A stretch of 64,000 nucleotides of DNA from a candidate division FCPU426 bacterium (lineage in GTDB: Bacteria > Oederibacteriota > Muellerivitia > Muellerivitales > Muellerivitaceae): assembly GCA_963738405.1 (NCBI GenBank), contig CAVTWJ010000023.1, positions 64,001-128,000 of the forward strand. The letters are read 5' to 3'. Below, in pieces: positions 56,050 to 64,000 of this stretch (positions are counted from its first letter, which is position 1; every line of letters begins with the position of its first letter). The notes under the pieces are model-generated. The model saw only the letters and a program-made list of their open reading frames with translations, was not told the DNA's origin and did no database searches. The position numbers were made by a program, and so were the translations under genes.

Positions 56050-56658
56050 CTAGCTGGAGGCAATTGATTTTAAACCAGCCCTTAAAAGTTCTTCAACCGT
56101 CGATTTCGGCCCCAAAGCCTGGGCCGCCTCTAAAACGACCTTACGCGACTGGGCAGGTGTGTAACCTAGAGACACCAGCGCCAAAACCGCGTCCGAAAGA
56201 TTTTTGGCCTCCGGCCCCAGCGGTGCATCCGCCCTGAAAGGGCTTCCACCGGCTAATTTTGCCACCTTGTCTTTTAATTCAAGAACCAGATGTTGGGCCG
56301 TCTTGGGACCGATTCCCGTAACCGATTTCAAAGCCAATAAATCATTATGAAGAATAGCGTCAAAAAAAGCCTCGGGGGACAGGGCCGAAAGAAGGTTGAG
56401 AGAAGCTTTGGGACCCACGCCTGAAACCGAAAGCGCCAAGAGAAATGCTTGTTTCTCCGAATCGTTGAGGAAACCGTACAACTGTTGAATGTCTTCCCGC
56501 ACATGAAAATAGGTCTTGAGGGTCACGGCCTGTCCTACGGGGGGCAGGGCTTGAAGAGTTCGTTGGGAAACAAATGCCTCGTAACCCACGCCGTTAACAT
56601 CCACCTCGACCCGGTCGGATTGCCGGGAAGCAAGGATGCCTTGAAGAAAGGAAATCAT
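56050..56658 (-). CDS. ruvA: Holliday junction branch migration protein RuvA
   Basis: MISFLQG, VNGVGYE, VRED..LYGF, VSGVGPK, GIGPKTA, ALVSLGY. Confidence 0.98.
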   Translation of the reverse strand: MISFLQGILASRQSDRVEVDVNGVGYEAFVSQRTLQALPPVGQAVTLKTYFHVREDIQQLYGFLNDSEKQAFLLALSVSGVGPKASLNLLSALSPEAFFDAILHNDLLALKSVTGIGPKTAQHLVLELKDKVAKLAGGSPFRADAPLGPEAKNLSDAVLALVSLGYTPAQSRKVVLEAAQALGPKSTVEELLRAGLKSIASS

Positions 56659-56712
56659 TCACGGCTCCTTCCCCCCGGCGTCAGAAATTACCGGCGGAGG
56701 GAATGAAAAGGT

Positions 56713-57282
56713 TTAGTCTTCGAGAAACTTGAGATGAACCAGAATGTGAAGAAGCTCTTCCACCTGGGTCAAGGCCGGGACTTCCTTGTTCTGGGTTGCC
56801 GAGTACCAGAAGGAAATGACGTTGGAATCAAGCCAAATTCCTTTGGTTTCAAAATCCTCGTCAATCACCAGGGCCTTGTAATAATGCTCATCCAGTTCAT
56901 TTTCGGACTCGGGGCTCTTGAGACCCGAAGAGCGAAGCTTAATATGTTCCTTGGCCTGGTTGAAGTATTTTTGATCGTCCTCGTTGAGGTTCTCGAATAC
57001 CACCTGGGCTGCTTCCCGGTCGATGGCTTGAAGGAAGTTATGGTCGATCCAAATCCCTAAGTTTTGGTCATCCCAAAGGTAATCATGCCCCTGGTGCTCG
57101 AGAATCGTCATGGGCTCCCCACAGTCCGGGCTCAGTTTTTCGGATTTTCCCTTCACCACCGTGTCTTTCAGGAAATCCTCGCTGGTAACGTTATATTTTT
57201 CATCGCCTGGATAACCACACTCCGGGCAGTAGCGGGCGCCTTCCGAAATCTTGTTTCGGCAATTTTTGCATTTGATCGACAT
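56713..57282 (-). CDS. Zinc-ribbon hypothetical protein
   Basis: CKNC...CPEC; two GIWxD motifs. Confidence 0.7.
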   Translation of the reverse strand: MSIKCKNCRNKISEGARYCPECGYPGDEKYNVTSEDFLKDTVVKGKSEKLSPDCGEPMTILEHQGHDYLWDDQNLGIWIDHNFLQAIDREAAQVVFENLNEDDQKYFNQAKEHIKLRSSGLKSPESENELDEHYYKALVIDEDFETKGIWLDSNVISFWYSATQNKEVPALTQVEELLHILVHLKFLED

Positions 57283-57291
57283 GTGTTCTCC

Positions 57292-57861
57292 TTAATCTTT
57301 CGGCTTTGCGATTCCCGGTTTTGTCCGGGAGAGCCTCTTTACCATTTCCGAGAGTGGGGTTCCGGCGCTCTGGGCATGCGTGATGGCGATAGCCAGCGCG
57401 TCCGCCGTGTCGTCGGGCCGGGGAATCTCGGAAAGCCCCAGCAATAATTTCACCATCTTCTGGACCTGCCCCTTATCGGCACCGGCCCAGCCCGCCACTG
57501 CTTGTTTGACTTCCAGGGGTCGGTATTCGGCCACCGGCACCCCCGCCACCCCGGAGGCCAATAGGGCCACTCCCCGGGCCTGTCCCACAACGATCGCGGT
57601 TTTGGCGTTGCGCGAAAAAAACAACTCTTCCATGGCCGTTACGTCGGGCCGATGTTTCGTCAAAAGGGCCTGAAGGCCTTCGAAGAGTAATACCAATCTT
57701 TCAGGAAGCGGCTCTCCAGCTTTTGTCTCGAGAGTGCCGTAGGCCAGGGCCTTGAGCGTGTTTCCCTTTTTTTCAACCATTCCCCAACCCATCCGGGCCA
57801 ATCCCGGATCGATTCCCAAAACCCGAAAGGACTTTCCGACTCCGCCAGGCTTAACGGTCAA
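57292..57861 (-). CDS. ruvC: Crossover junction endodeoxyribonuclease RuvC (start uncertain; TTG at 57861 proposed)
   Basis: LGIDPG, EELFF, VGQARGV, DDTADALAIA. Confidence 0.97.
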   Translation of the reverse strand: MTVKPGGVGKSFRVLGIDPGLARMGWGMVEKKGNTLKALAYGTLETKAGEPLPERLVLLFEGLQALLTKHRPDVTAMEELFFSRNAKTAIVVGQARGVALLASGVAGVPVAEYRPLEVKQAVAGWAGADKGQVQKMVKLLLGLSEIPRPDDTADALAIAITHAQSAGTPLSEMVKRLSRTKPGIAKPKD

Positions 57862-58600
57862 GCTTAGCCATGATTTCGTCGCTGATCTCAAAGTTAGCAT
57901 GGACGTTCAAAACATCGTCGTGCTCATCCAAGGCGTCATAAAGACGCAGCATCTGTTCTGCCTTTTTTTCATCCAATACTACAGTGGTTTTAGGAATCAT
58001 CCCCACCTCAGCGCTCTCCATGGGGACCGGCTTGTCTTCCAAAGCTTTTTTCACTTTTTCAAAAACCTCGGGCGCCGTCAGGACTTCGTAAGTTTCAGCC
58101 TTGTCGGTTTTAAGGTCCTCGGCCCCCGCGTCCAATACCAATCCCATCAATTCATCCTCGCTGATGGCGTCTTTTTTGACGGAGATCATTCCTTTTTTGT
58201 CGAAGAGAAAACCTACCGAACCCGATTCCCCCATGTTTCCGCCATGTTTGGAGAACACGGACCGGATATCGGCGGCGGTCCGATTGCGGTTATCCGTGAC
58301 AGCCTCCACCAGGATCGCCACCCCAGCAGGCCCATAGCCTTCATAGACTACTTCTTCCAGGGCCGCGGCCGCTTCCGCGCCGGTTCCCTTGTTGATGGCC
58401 CGCTTGATGGTGTCGGCGGGCATACTGACTTCCTTGGCCTTTAAAATGATCGTGCGTAATTTGAGGTTCGTGTCAGGGTCCCCGCCGGATTTGGCGGCCA
58501 ATTGGATTTCTTTAGAGAGGCGGGAAAAAGCCTGCCCTCGTTTTTGATCCAAGGCCCCCTTGTATCTTTTAACCTTCGCCCATTTACTGTGACCACTCAT
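57851..58600 (-). CDS. yebC: YebC/PmpR family protein
   Basis: MSGHSKW, YEGYGPAG, TDNRNRT, DDV.NV. Confidence 0.97.
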   Translation of the reverse strand: MSGHSKWAKVKRYKGALDQKRGQAFSRLSKEIQLAAKSGGDPDTNLKLRTIILKAKEVSMPADTIKRAINKGTGAEAAAALEEVVYEGYGPAGVAILVEAVTDNRNRTAADIRSVFSKHGGNMGESGSVGFLFDKKGMISVKKDAISEDELMGLVLDAGAEDLKTDKAETYEVLTAPEVFEKVKKALEDKPVPMESAEVGMIPKTTVVLDEKKAEQMLRLYDALDEHDDVLNVHANFEISDEIMAKLDR

Positions 58601-58897
58601 GTCCAAACCTCGGCAATCAACGAATGAAAATTTTTAAATAAATCTTTAAAAACAAACCCCTTCAGCGCTGACCATTCCCCTTTTGAGACGGCAAGGAAGG
58701 CTTTTTCGGGGGTTTTCGGCCTTTAAAAAAGCCCCTAAAACAAGAAAAGGCCGTTTCTTTGGCGGAATCTCCAAAAAAACGAACCTTTCGGCAGGTGATT
58801 ATATCGAAGTCTCTTTAAGGATGGCTACAAAAAACAGACCGACTATGCGATTTAACCCAAGATTTTCAGAAGGATTCGGCTTAAATCTATCGGGCGG

Positions 58898-60139
58898 CTA
58901 ATTTTTCGGCAGGATTTTCAAAAAAACTTTTCCCGATCGTATGAGCCCCGTTTCCTCGGGTGAAATTTCGATGACCTCGTTAAAAGCCGTGATCTTCCTT
59001 TTCTCTTGTTTCCCTTTGACCCATTCCACCGCGCCTTGATCAATCAAACGTTTGGCGTCACTTTTGGTTTTTGAAATACCCACCAATAAAAGAAAATCAG
59101 CGGCTTTGTGGGGGCCGAGCGGCACTAAAACCTCAGGATAATCGACCGAAGCATTTAATTCGTGACGGCTTTCAAAGTAAGTCCAAGCGTCCTTGGCTTG
59201 TGCGAGTCCGTGAAATCGGGCGGTGATCTCCAGGGCCAGTTCCTGCTTGGCTAATTTGGGGTGATATTCACCGTTCTCGACCTTCCTCTTTTTATCGGGC
59301 CAAGTAGAATCATCGGACAAAAGTTCGTAATAACGCCACATGAGAGGATCGGAAATGCTCATGAGCTTAGAAAACTTCTCATTAGCCACTTCAGCTACCC
59401 CTACATAATTTCCCAAACTTTTCGACATCTTTTTAACCCCATCTAAACCCTCCAAAATCGGCATCGAAAGGATGACTTCAGGAGCCTGTCCCGCTTCCTC
59501 TTGAAGAGCCCGTCCCACTAGGCAATTGAACTTCTGATCGGTTCCGCACATCTCAATGTCGGATTGGAGCTCCACCGAATCGTAGCCCTGGATCAAAGGA
59601 TAAAGTAGCTCATGTAGGCTAATGGGCTTTTGCTCTTTCATACGATTCGTAAAGTCGTCGCGTTCCAAAATACGGGCCACCGTGTATTTAGAAGCCAAGC
59701 GAATCACATCGTCAAAAGCCATGGGACGACACCATTTGCTGTTGTAGAAGATTTGGATCTTAGCCGGATCTCTGTCCAATACTGCAAAGACTTGTTCTAG
59801 GTAGGTCTTAGCATTTACTTCTACTTCTTCTCGGGTCAGAGGTTTGCGGGTAGTGGATTTTCCGGTTGGGTCGCCGATCATGGCGGTGAAATCCCCGATC
59901 AAAAACTGCACCTGATGGCCCAAGTCTTGGAATTGACGTAATTTGCGAAGCACGACCGTGTGGCCCAAGTGGATATCGGGGGCGGAAGGATCCGCTCCCC
60001 ACTTCACTTTCAAAGGCTTGCCCTCTTGATAGGATTTTTTCAACTTCGCGAGGAGTTCGGCCTTGGAAATGACTTCGGCGGTCGAGCGCAGAAGAATTTC
60101 CAATTGTTCTTCAGGAGATTGTTTAAAAGGTTGGCTCAT
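58898..60139 (-). CDS. tyrS: Tyrosine--tRNA ligase (ATG at 60139 likely)
   Basis: [40 protein letters not shown]. Confidence 0.98.
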   Translation of the reverse strand: MSQPFKQSPEEQLEILLRSTAEVISKAELLAKLKKSYQEGKPLKVKWGADPSAPDIHLGHTVVLRKLRQFQDLGHQVQFLIGDFTAMIGDPTGKSTTRKPLTREEVEVNAKTYLEQVFAVLDRDPAKIQIFYNSKWCRPMAFDDVIRLASKYTVARILERDDFTNRMKEQKPISLHELLYPLIQGYDSVELQSDIEMCGTDQKFNCLVGRALQEEAGQAPEVILSMPILEGLDGVKKMSKSLGNYVGVAEVANEKFSKLMSISDPLMWRYYELLSDDSTWPDKKRKVENGEYHPKLAKQELALEITARFHGLAQAKDAWTYFESRHELNASVDYPEVLVPLGPHKAADFLLLVGISKTKSDAKRLIDQGAVEWVKGKQEKRKITAFNEVIEISPEETGLIRSGKVFLKILPKN

Positions 60140-62468
60140 GGGGTCACATAATATAACAAACCGTTTTGGCGGGCTGTTGAAAAGTTCCACCCTTGATATA
60201 ATAAGCCCCTCTTGTTGTCCTCCATCCCCTGGCCTGAGGAAATCCTTGTCTCCAGTCAAAACCGAAACATCCCTGAAGCCCTTGCTCTATACGGTTTTCG
60301 TTCTTCTTTTCGCGGTTGTCGGGGTCGTCATGGGCATCCTTTACGCCCAGCTTCGTGAGTTGCCCGACATCACCAACCTCAACGAATTTAAACCCTCCGA
60401 AGCCACCCGTATTTACGATGTGAACGGCGATCTGATCAGCCAATTGGCCCTGGAACAGCGCACCATCGTTCCGCTGGATAAAATTCCCCAAAATCTCCAA
60501 AATGCCGTCATTTCCATTGAGGATGAGCGTTTTTACAAGCATTGGGGCATCGACATCATTGGTACAACCCGCGCCTTTATCACCAACATCCTCCACCACG
60601 GTGAATCCATCCAGGGCGGAAGCACCATCACCCAGCAATTGGCCCGGAATCTCTTTCTTACCCCGGAAAAAAGAATCATCCGCAAAATCAAGGAAGCCCT
60701 TCTGGCCATTCAGATCGAGAAAAACTACTCCAAACAGCAGATCTTGGAAATGTACCTGAACCAAATTTACTTTGGTGAGGGCACCTACGGCTGCGAATCC
60801 GCCGCCCGCTCCTATTTTGGGAAACACGTGGAAGACCTAACCCTTCCCGAATGCGCGATGCTGGCCGGCCTGCCCAAGGCGCCCACCACCTATGACCCCT
60901 ACAAAAACCCGCTGGAAGCCCTTCAGCGAAGAAACACCGTTTTAAACGCTATGGCGGGCACGGGCGTCATCACCCTTCAGGAAGCCACAGAAGCTAAGAA
61001 CACGCCCATCGAGCTAAAAAAGATCGAGGTTCAAAACGCCCCCTATTTTGTGGAATACATTGCCCAACAGTTGGAAACCCGCTATGGCACCAACGCCGTT
61101 TATAAGGGCGGCCTTTCGGTTTACACCACCTTGGATTTGAAATTACAGGACGCCGCCCAAAAGGCCCTGCAAAGAGGAGTAGCCAACGCGGAAATTGTGG
61201 CCCAAAAAACCCGTCAAACCAGCATTCCTGTGGATCAGCCAATCCAAGGCGCCCTCTTGTCGATCGATCCCCACACCGGAGCCATCCGGGCCATGATTGG
61301 CGGCATCGACTACCGCAAAAGCGTCTTTAATAGGGCTATCCAGGCCCGCCGCCAGCCAGGCTCCGCCTTCAAGCCCATCATCTACGCGGCTGCTATTGAA
61401 AATGGATTCACCATGGCGGATGTTTTTCTGGATTCACCGGTGGTTTATACCGATCCGGCCACCGGCAAGGCCTGGAGACCGCTTAATTTTTCCGGTAAAT
61501 TCCGAGGGCCCACCACGCTCCATACCGCCCTGATGTATTCCATCAACGTCGTCACTATCAAACTATTGGAAAAACTTGGGGTCCAGGCTGCCGTTAACAT
61601 GGCCCATCGCTTAGGGATATCCACCCCCATCCGGAACCCCAATTATTCGCTGGGACTTGGGACCTACGAGGTGACTTTGGCTGAAATGGTGCAGGCCTTT
61701 TCGGTCTTCGCCAACCAGGGCATCCGGGTGGAACCTTTTGGGATTTTAACCGTGAAGGACAGTTCGGGAAAAATATTGGAAAACAACGCGCCTGCAGGCC
61801 AGGAAGTCCTTGACCCCGATACGGCCTACATCATGGTCAACACGATGAAGGATGTGGTGGATCATGGAACGGGACGGGTCATCCGCAAGATGGGGTTTAC
61901 CTATCCAGCTGCGGGGAAAACCGGAACCACCAACGACAACGTGGACGCTTGGTTTATCGGGTTCACGCCCGATTTGACCTGCGGGGTCTGGCTCGGTTAT
62001 GACGAACGCCAAAGTTTGGGAAAAAAACAGACCGGCGGCGAGGCGGCGGCGCCCATTTGGGCGGAATTCATGAAATCCGCAATGGAAGGAAAACCGATTA
62101 AAGACTTTCCGACGCCCCAGAATTTCGATACCGAATTCGTGAAAAAGAAGATTTGCCTGGATTCGGGGCTGCTGGCTTCGGTTTACTGCCCCCATACCCA
62201 GGATGAGATTTTCAAAAAAGAAACCGCCCCCACCAAGATCTGCAACCTTCATACAGGGACCGGGGCTAATTCCAGACATCCAGAGGACAATGGGGTTGGC
62301 AACTCAACCGCGAGCGGGGATCTTTTGGAGATGGATACGCAACCCGTCATGAAATCAGCCTCGACCCCATCCTCCGAAGCGACACCCGGAGCGGCCGAAG
62401 AAACAGGCTCCGCGCCCGCCACCACCAGCCCCTCCGATAAAGAAAATTATCCGGACCAGGGGTTCTAA
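60063..62468 (+). CDS. Class A penicillin-binding protein (PBP1A); true start probably downstream near 60270
   Basis: [45 protein letters not shown]. Confidence 0.95.
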   Translation: MEMTSAVERRRISNCSSGDCLKGWLMGSHNITNRFGGLLKSSTLDIISPSCCPPSPGLRKSLSPVKTETSLKPLLYTVFVLLFAVVGVVMGILYAQLRELPDITNLNEFKPSEATRIYDVNGDLISQLALEQRTIVPLDKIPQNLQNAVISIEDERFYKHWGIDIIGTTRAFITNILHHGESIQGGSTITQQLARNLFLTPEKRIIRKIKEALLAIQIEKNYSKQQILEMYLNQIYFGEGTYGCESAARSYFGKHVEDLTLPECAMLAGLPKAPTTYDPYKNPLEALQRRNTVLNAMAGTGVITLQEATEAKNTPIELKKIEVQNAPYFVEYIAQQLETRYGTNAVYKGGLSVYTTLDLKLQDAAQKALQRGVANAEIVAQKTRQTSIPVDQPIQGALLSIDPHTGAIRAMIGGIDYRKSVFNRAIQARRQPGSAFKPIIYAAAIENGFTMADVFLDSPVVYTDPATGKAWRPLNFSGKFRGPTTLHTALMYSINVVTIKLLEKLGVQAAVNMAHRLGISTPIRNPNYSLGLGTYEVTLAEMVQAFSVFANQGIRVEPFGILTVKDSSGKILENNAPAGQEVLDPDTAYIMVNTMKDVVDHGTGRVIRKMGFTYPAAGKTGTTNDNVDAWFIGFTPDLTCGVWLGYDERQSLGKKQTGGEAAAPIWAEFMKSAMEGKPIKDFPTPQNFDTEFVKKKICLDSGLLASVYCPHTQDEIFKKETAPTKICNLHTGTGANSRHPEDNGVGNSTASGDLLEMDTQPVMKSASTPSSEATPGAAEETGSAPATTSPSDKENYPDQGF

Positions 62469-62473
62469 AACTT

Positions 62474-62953
62474 CTAAACCGCCGCTCCCTTGACCTGGTC
62501 TACCGCGTGGCGCAGGACCGGGCGAAGGATATCAAAAGCATCCTTAACCGCGGTGGGGGTTCCCGGAAGGTTAATCAGGAGTGTCTTTCCTCTTAATCCT
62601 GTCATTCCATTCGTCAAGGCGACACCGGGGGATTTCTCGAAGGCCCGATGGCGGATCATTTCCGCCAAGCCCGGTATCCATTTTTCGCAAACCTGGTGCA
62701 TCGCTTCCGCCACCCGGTCTCCCGGTAAAATACCGATTCCATCAACAGTAAAGATGACATCCACTCTTCCGCTATCCACCAATTGAAGCATGAGACCGGC
62801 CAGGGCTTGGGGGTCATCACCCAGCATTTGGCGATGAACTAATTCCCATCCCATTTTCCGACAGGTGGATTCCAGGATGTCGCCCGCTTCGTCGTTCACC
62901 AACCCGGTTTGGTATTTATCACCCACCGTCAGAATGGAAGCTTGAATGGCCAT
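62474..62953 (-). CDS. MogA/MoaB-family protein (divergent)
   Basis: ILTVGD, GDD, IPGLAE, LINLPG.P.AV. Confidence 0.8.
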   Translation of the reverse strand: MAIQASILTVGDKYQTGLVNDEAGDILESTCRKMGWELVHRQMLGDDPQALAGLMLQLVDSGRVDVIFTVDGIGILPGDRVAEAMHQVCEKWIPGLAEMIRHRAFEKSPGVALTNGMTGLRGKTLLINLPGTPTAVKDAFDILRPVLRHAVDQVKGAAV

Positions 62954-63042
62954 GGGACGCTCCCCAAAAACAAATCCGGAAGGGGGATGGAATCGGCGCG
63001 CCCTTTGGGCCGCCTAGAAAAGTGGAACCGGAATGTTAGGAA

Positions 63043-64000
63043 TTATTTGTTTCTTGAGTCGAGATTCACGTTACCCAAATCGTCCGTCGGAGGCAAGTCC
63101 AAATCCTTCGGCGGCTTGACATCCGAATCTTGAAGCGGAGGAAGGGCCAGATTCGAATCATCGGGGGCAGGGGCGGCTTGGCCCGGTGCTGGAGCCGCGT
63201 TGGTGGCGGGCGCGGATAATCCCACGCCCAAATCCAAGGGCGGAGCCTGCATCCCGTCAATGTCGCCGTTCACGCCCTGGAGGGCATCCATGGCTTTCTT
63301 TTGATCCGCCGTGGGTTGGTCCGGAGTCGGCACGGTCAGCGGAGCCGTCGTGGCTAGCGCAGGGACGGGCGGAGCTGGAACCGCGCTACTGGTATCGGGA
63401 ATGGAAGGCGGAGGTACGATATCGGCGGCGGCGGGAGGAGCCAAAACCGCCGGGGCCGCGGGCGCTGGGACATTGGTATTAGAATCAATACTCGGAGGCG
63501 GCGGAATTTCTCCATTGTCGGTCGAGGGTGCTGAAACCGATCCGGCGGGGACATTATTGACAACCGGTGCCGGCTGGGTGGAAGCCACCGAATCGTTCAC
63601 CGGCGGAAGGGGCACGGACTCCACGGAGGGCGGAGGCGGCGCCATGAGATCCATATCGGGTATCACGGGAGGCGCCGGGGACGAGGAAGCAGCGTTATTC
63701 GCTGGGACTTCCGGAACAGGAGGTGCGGTGGAAGCCACGGGGGCGGTTTCCATATTGGCCGGAGGCGGAGCCGCGGCGGATTGAGCTAAGTCACCTTGAT
63801 CCGGAGGCAGCACCACAGGGGTGAGTTGATGGGGAGCAGCGGGCAGGGCTTTCACCTTGACGGTTCCGCTGGCCGCGCTTGTTTCCAATTCGGGGGCCAC
63901 AGATTCCTCAGCCGCGGGAGCGGTCGCTTCCACAGGCTGGGGCAAAGCGGGTTGGGAGACAGCGGGTTGAGGCACCGCAGGAGAGGAAGAAACCCCCGAG
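63043..64000 (-). CDS. Pro/Ala-rich low-complexity protein, C-terminal part only
   Basis: Long open frame running off the window edge. Confidence 0.6.
   Translation of the reverse strand, partial: SGVSSSPAVPQPAVSQPALPQPVEATAPAAEESVAPELETSAASGTVKVKALPAAPHQLTPVVLPPDQGDLAQSAAAPPPANMETAPVASTAPPVPEVPANNAASSSPAPPVIPDMDLMAPPPPSVESVPLPPVNDSVASTQPAPVVNNVPAGSVSAPSTDNGEIPPPPSIDSNTNVPAPAAPAVLAPPAAADIVPPPSIPDTSSAVPAPPVPALATTAPLTVPTPDQPTADQKKAMDALQGVNGDIDGMQAPPLDLGVGLSAPATNAAPAPGQAAPAPDDSNLALPPLQDSDVKPPKDLDLPPTDDLGNVNLDSRNK

Overview
Bacterial genomic window in two parts. The left part (1 to ~26.7 kb) is an accessory island abutting the 3' end of a tRNA-Asp(GTC) gene, with all its genes on the minus strand. 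Reading inward from the tRNA: VirD4-like coupling protein and replication-relaxation protein; AbiE-type toxin-antitoxin pair; a compact ubiquitin-like conjugation operon (E2-like, JAB peptidase, 70-aa GG-containing peptide, E1/ThiF, Clp-type AAA+ ATPase lacking both the M-domain and the ClpP-docking loop, membrane protein); and a type III-D-like CRISPR-Cas locus. That locus has a CARF/NE0113 protein, HD-less Cas10, Cas7-Cas5-Cas11, Cas7-Cas7, Cas7-insertion, no csx19, Card1/Can2, a Crn2 ring nuclease, cas6 preceded by a solitary degenerate repeat, cas1, cas2, and a thumb-less group II intron-type reverse transcriptase whose ORF runs through the leader into the first repeat. The array shows 22 repeats and probably continues past the window edge. 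The right part (~26.8-64 kb) is mostly core genome (mutS, miaB, adenylate cyclase, scpAB, trpS, rnhB, rplS-trmD-rimM-khpA-rpsP, tRNA-Thr, ruvA/ruvC/yebC, tyrS, PBP1A). It also holds a 1857-aa HicB-like/beta-propeller/Ig-repeat protein and a small cassette-like insert flanked by related hairpins. The best novelty candidates are the E2-JAB-peptide-E1-Clp operon, the apparently recently domesticated RT, and the orphan repeat at the cas6 start. All family calls come from motif recognition by eye; no searches were run.
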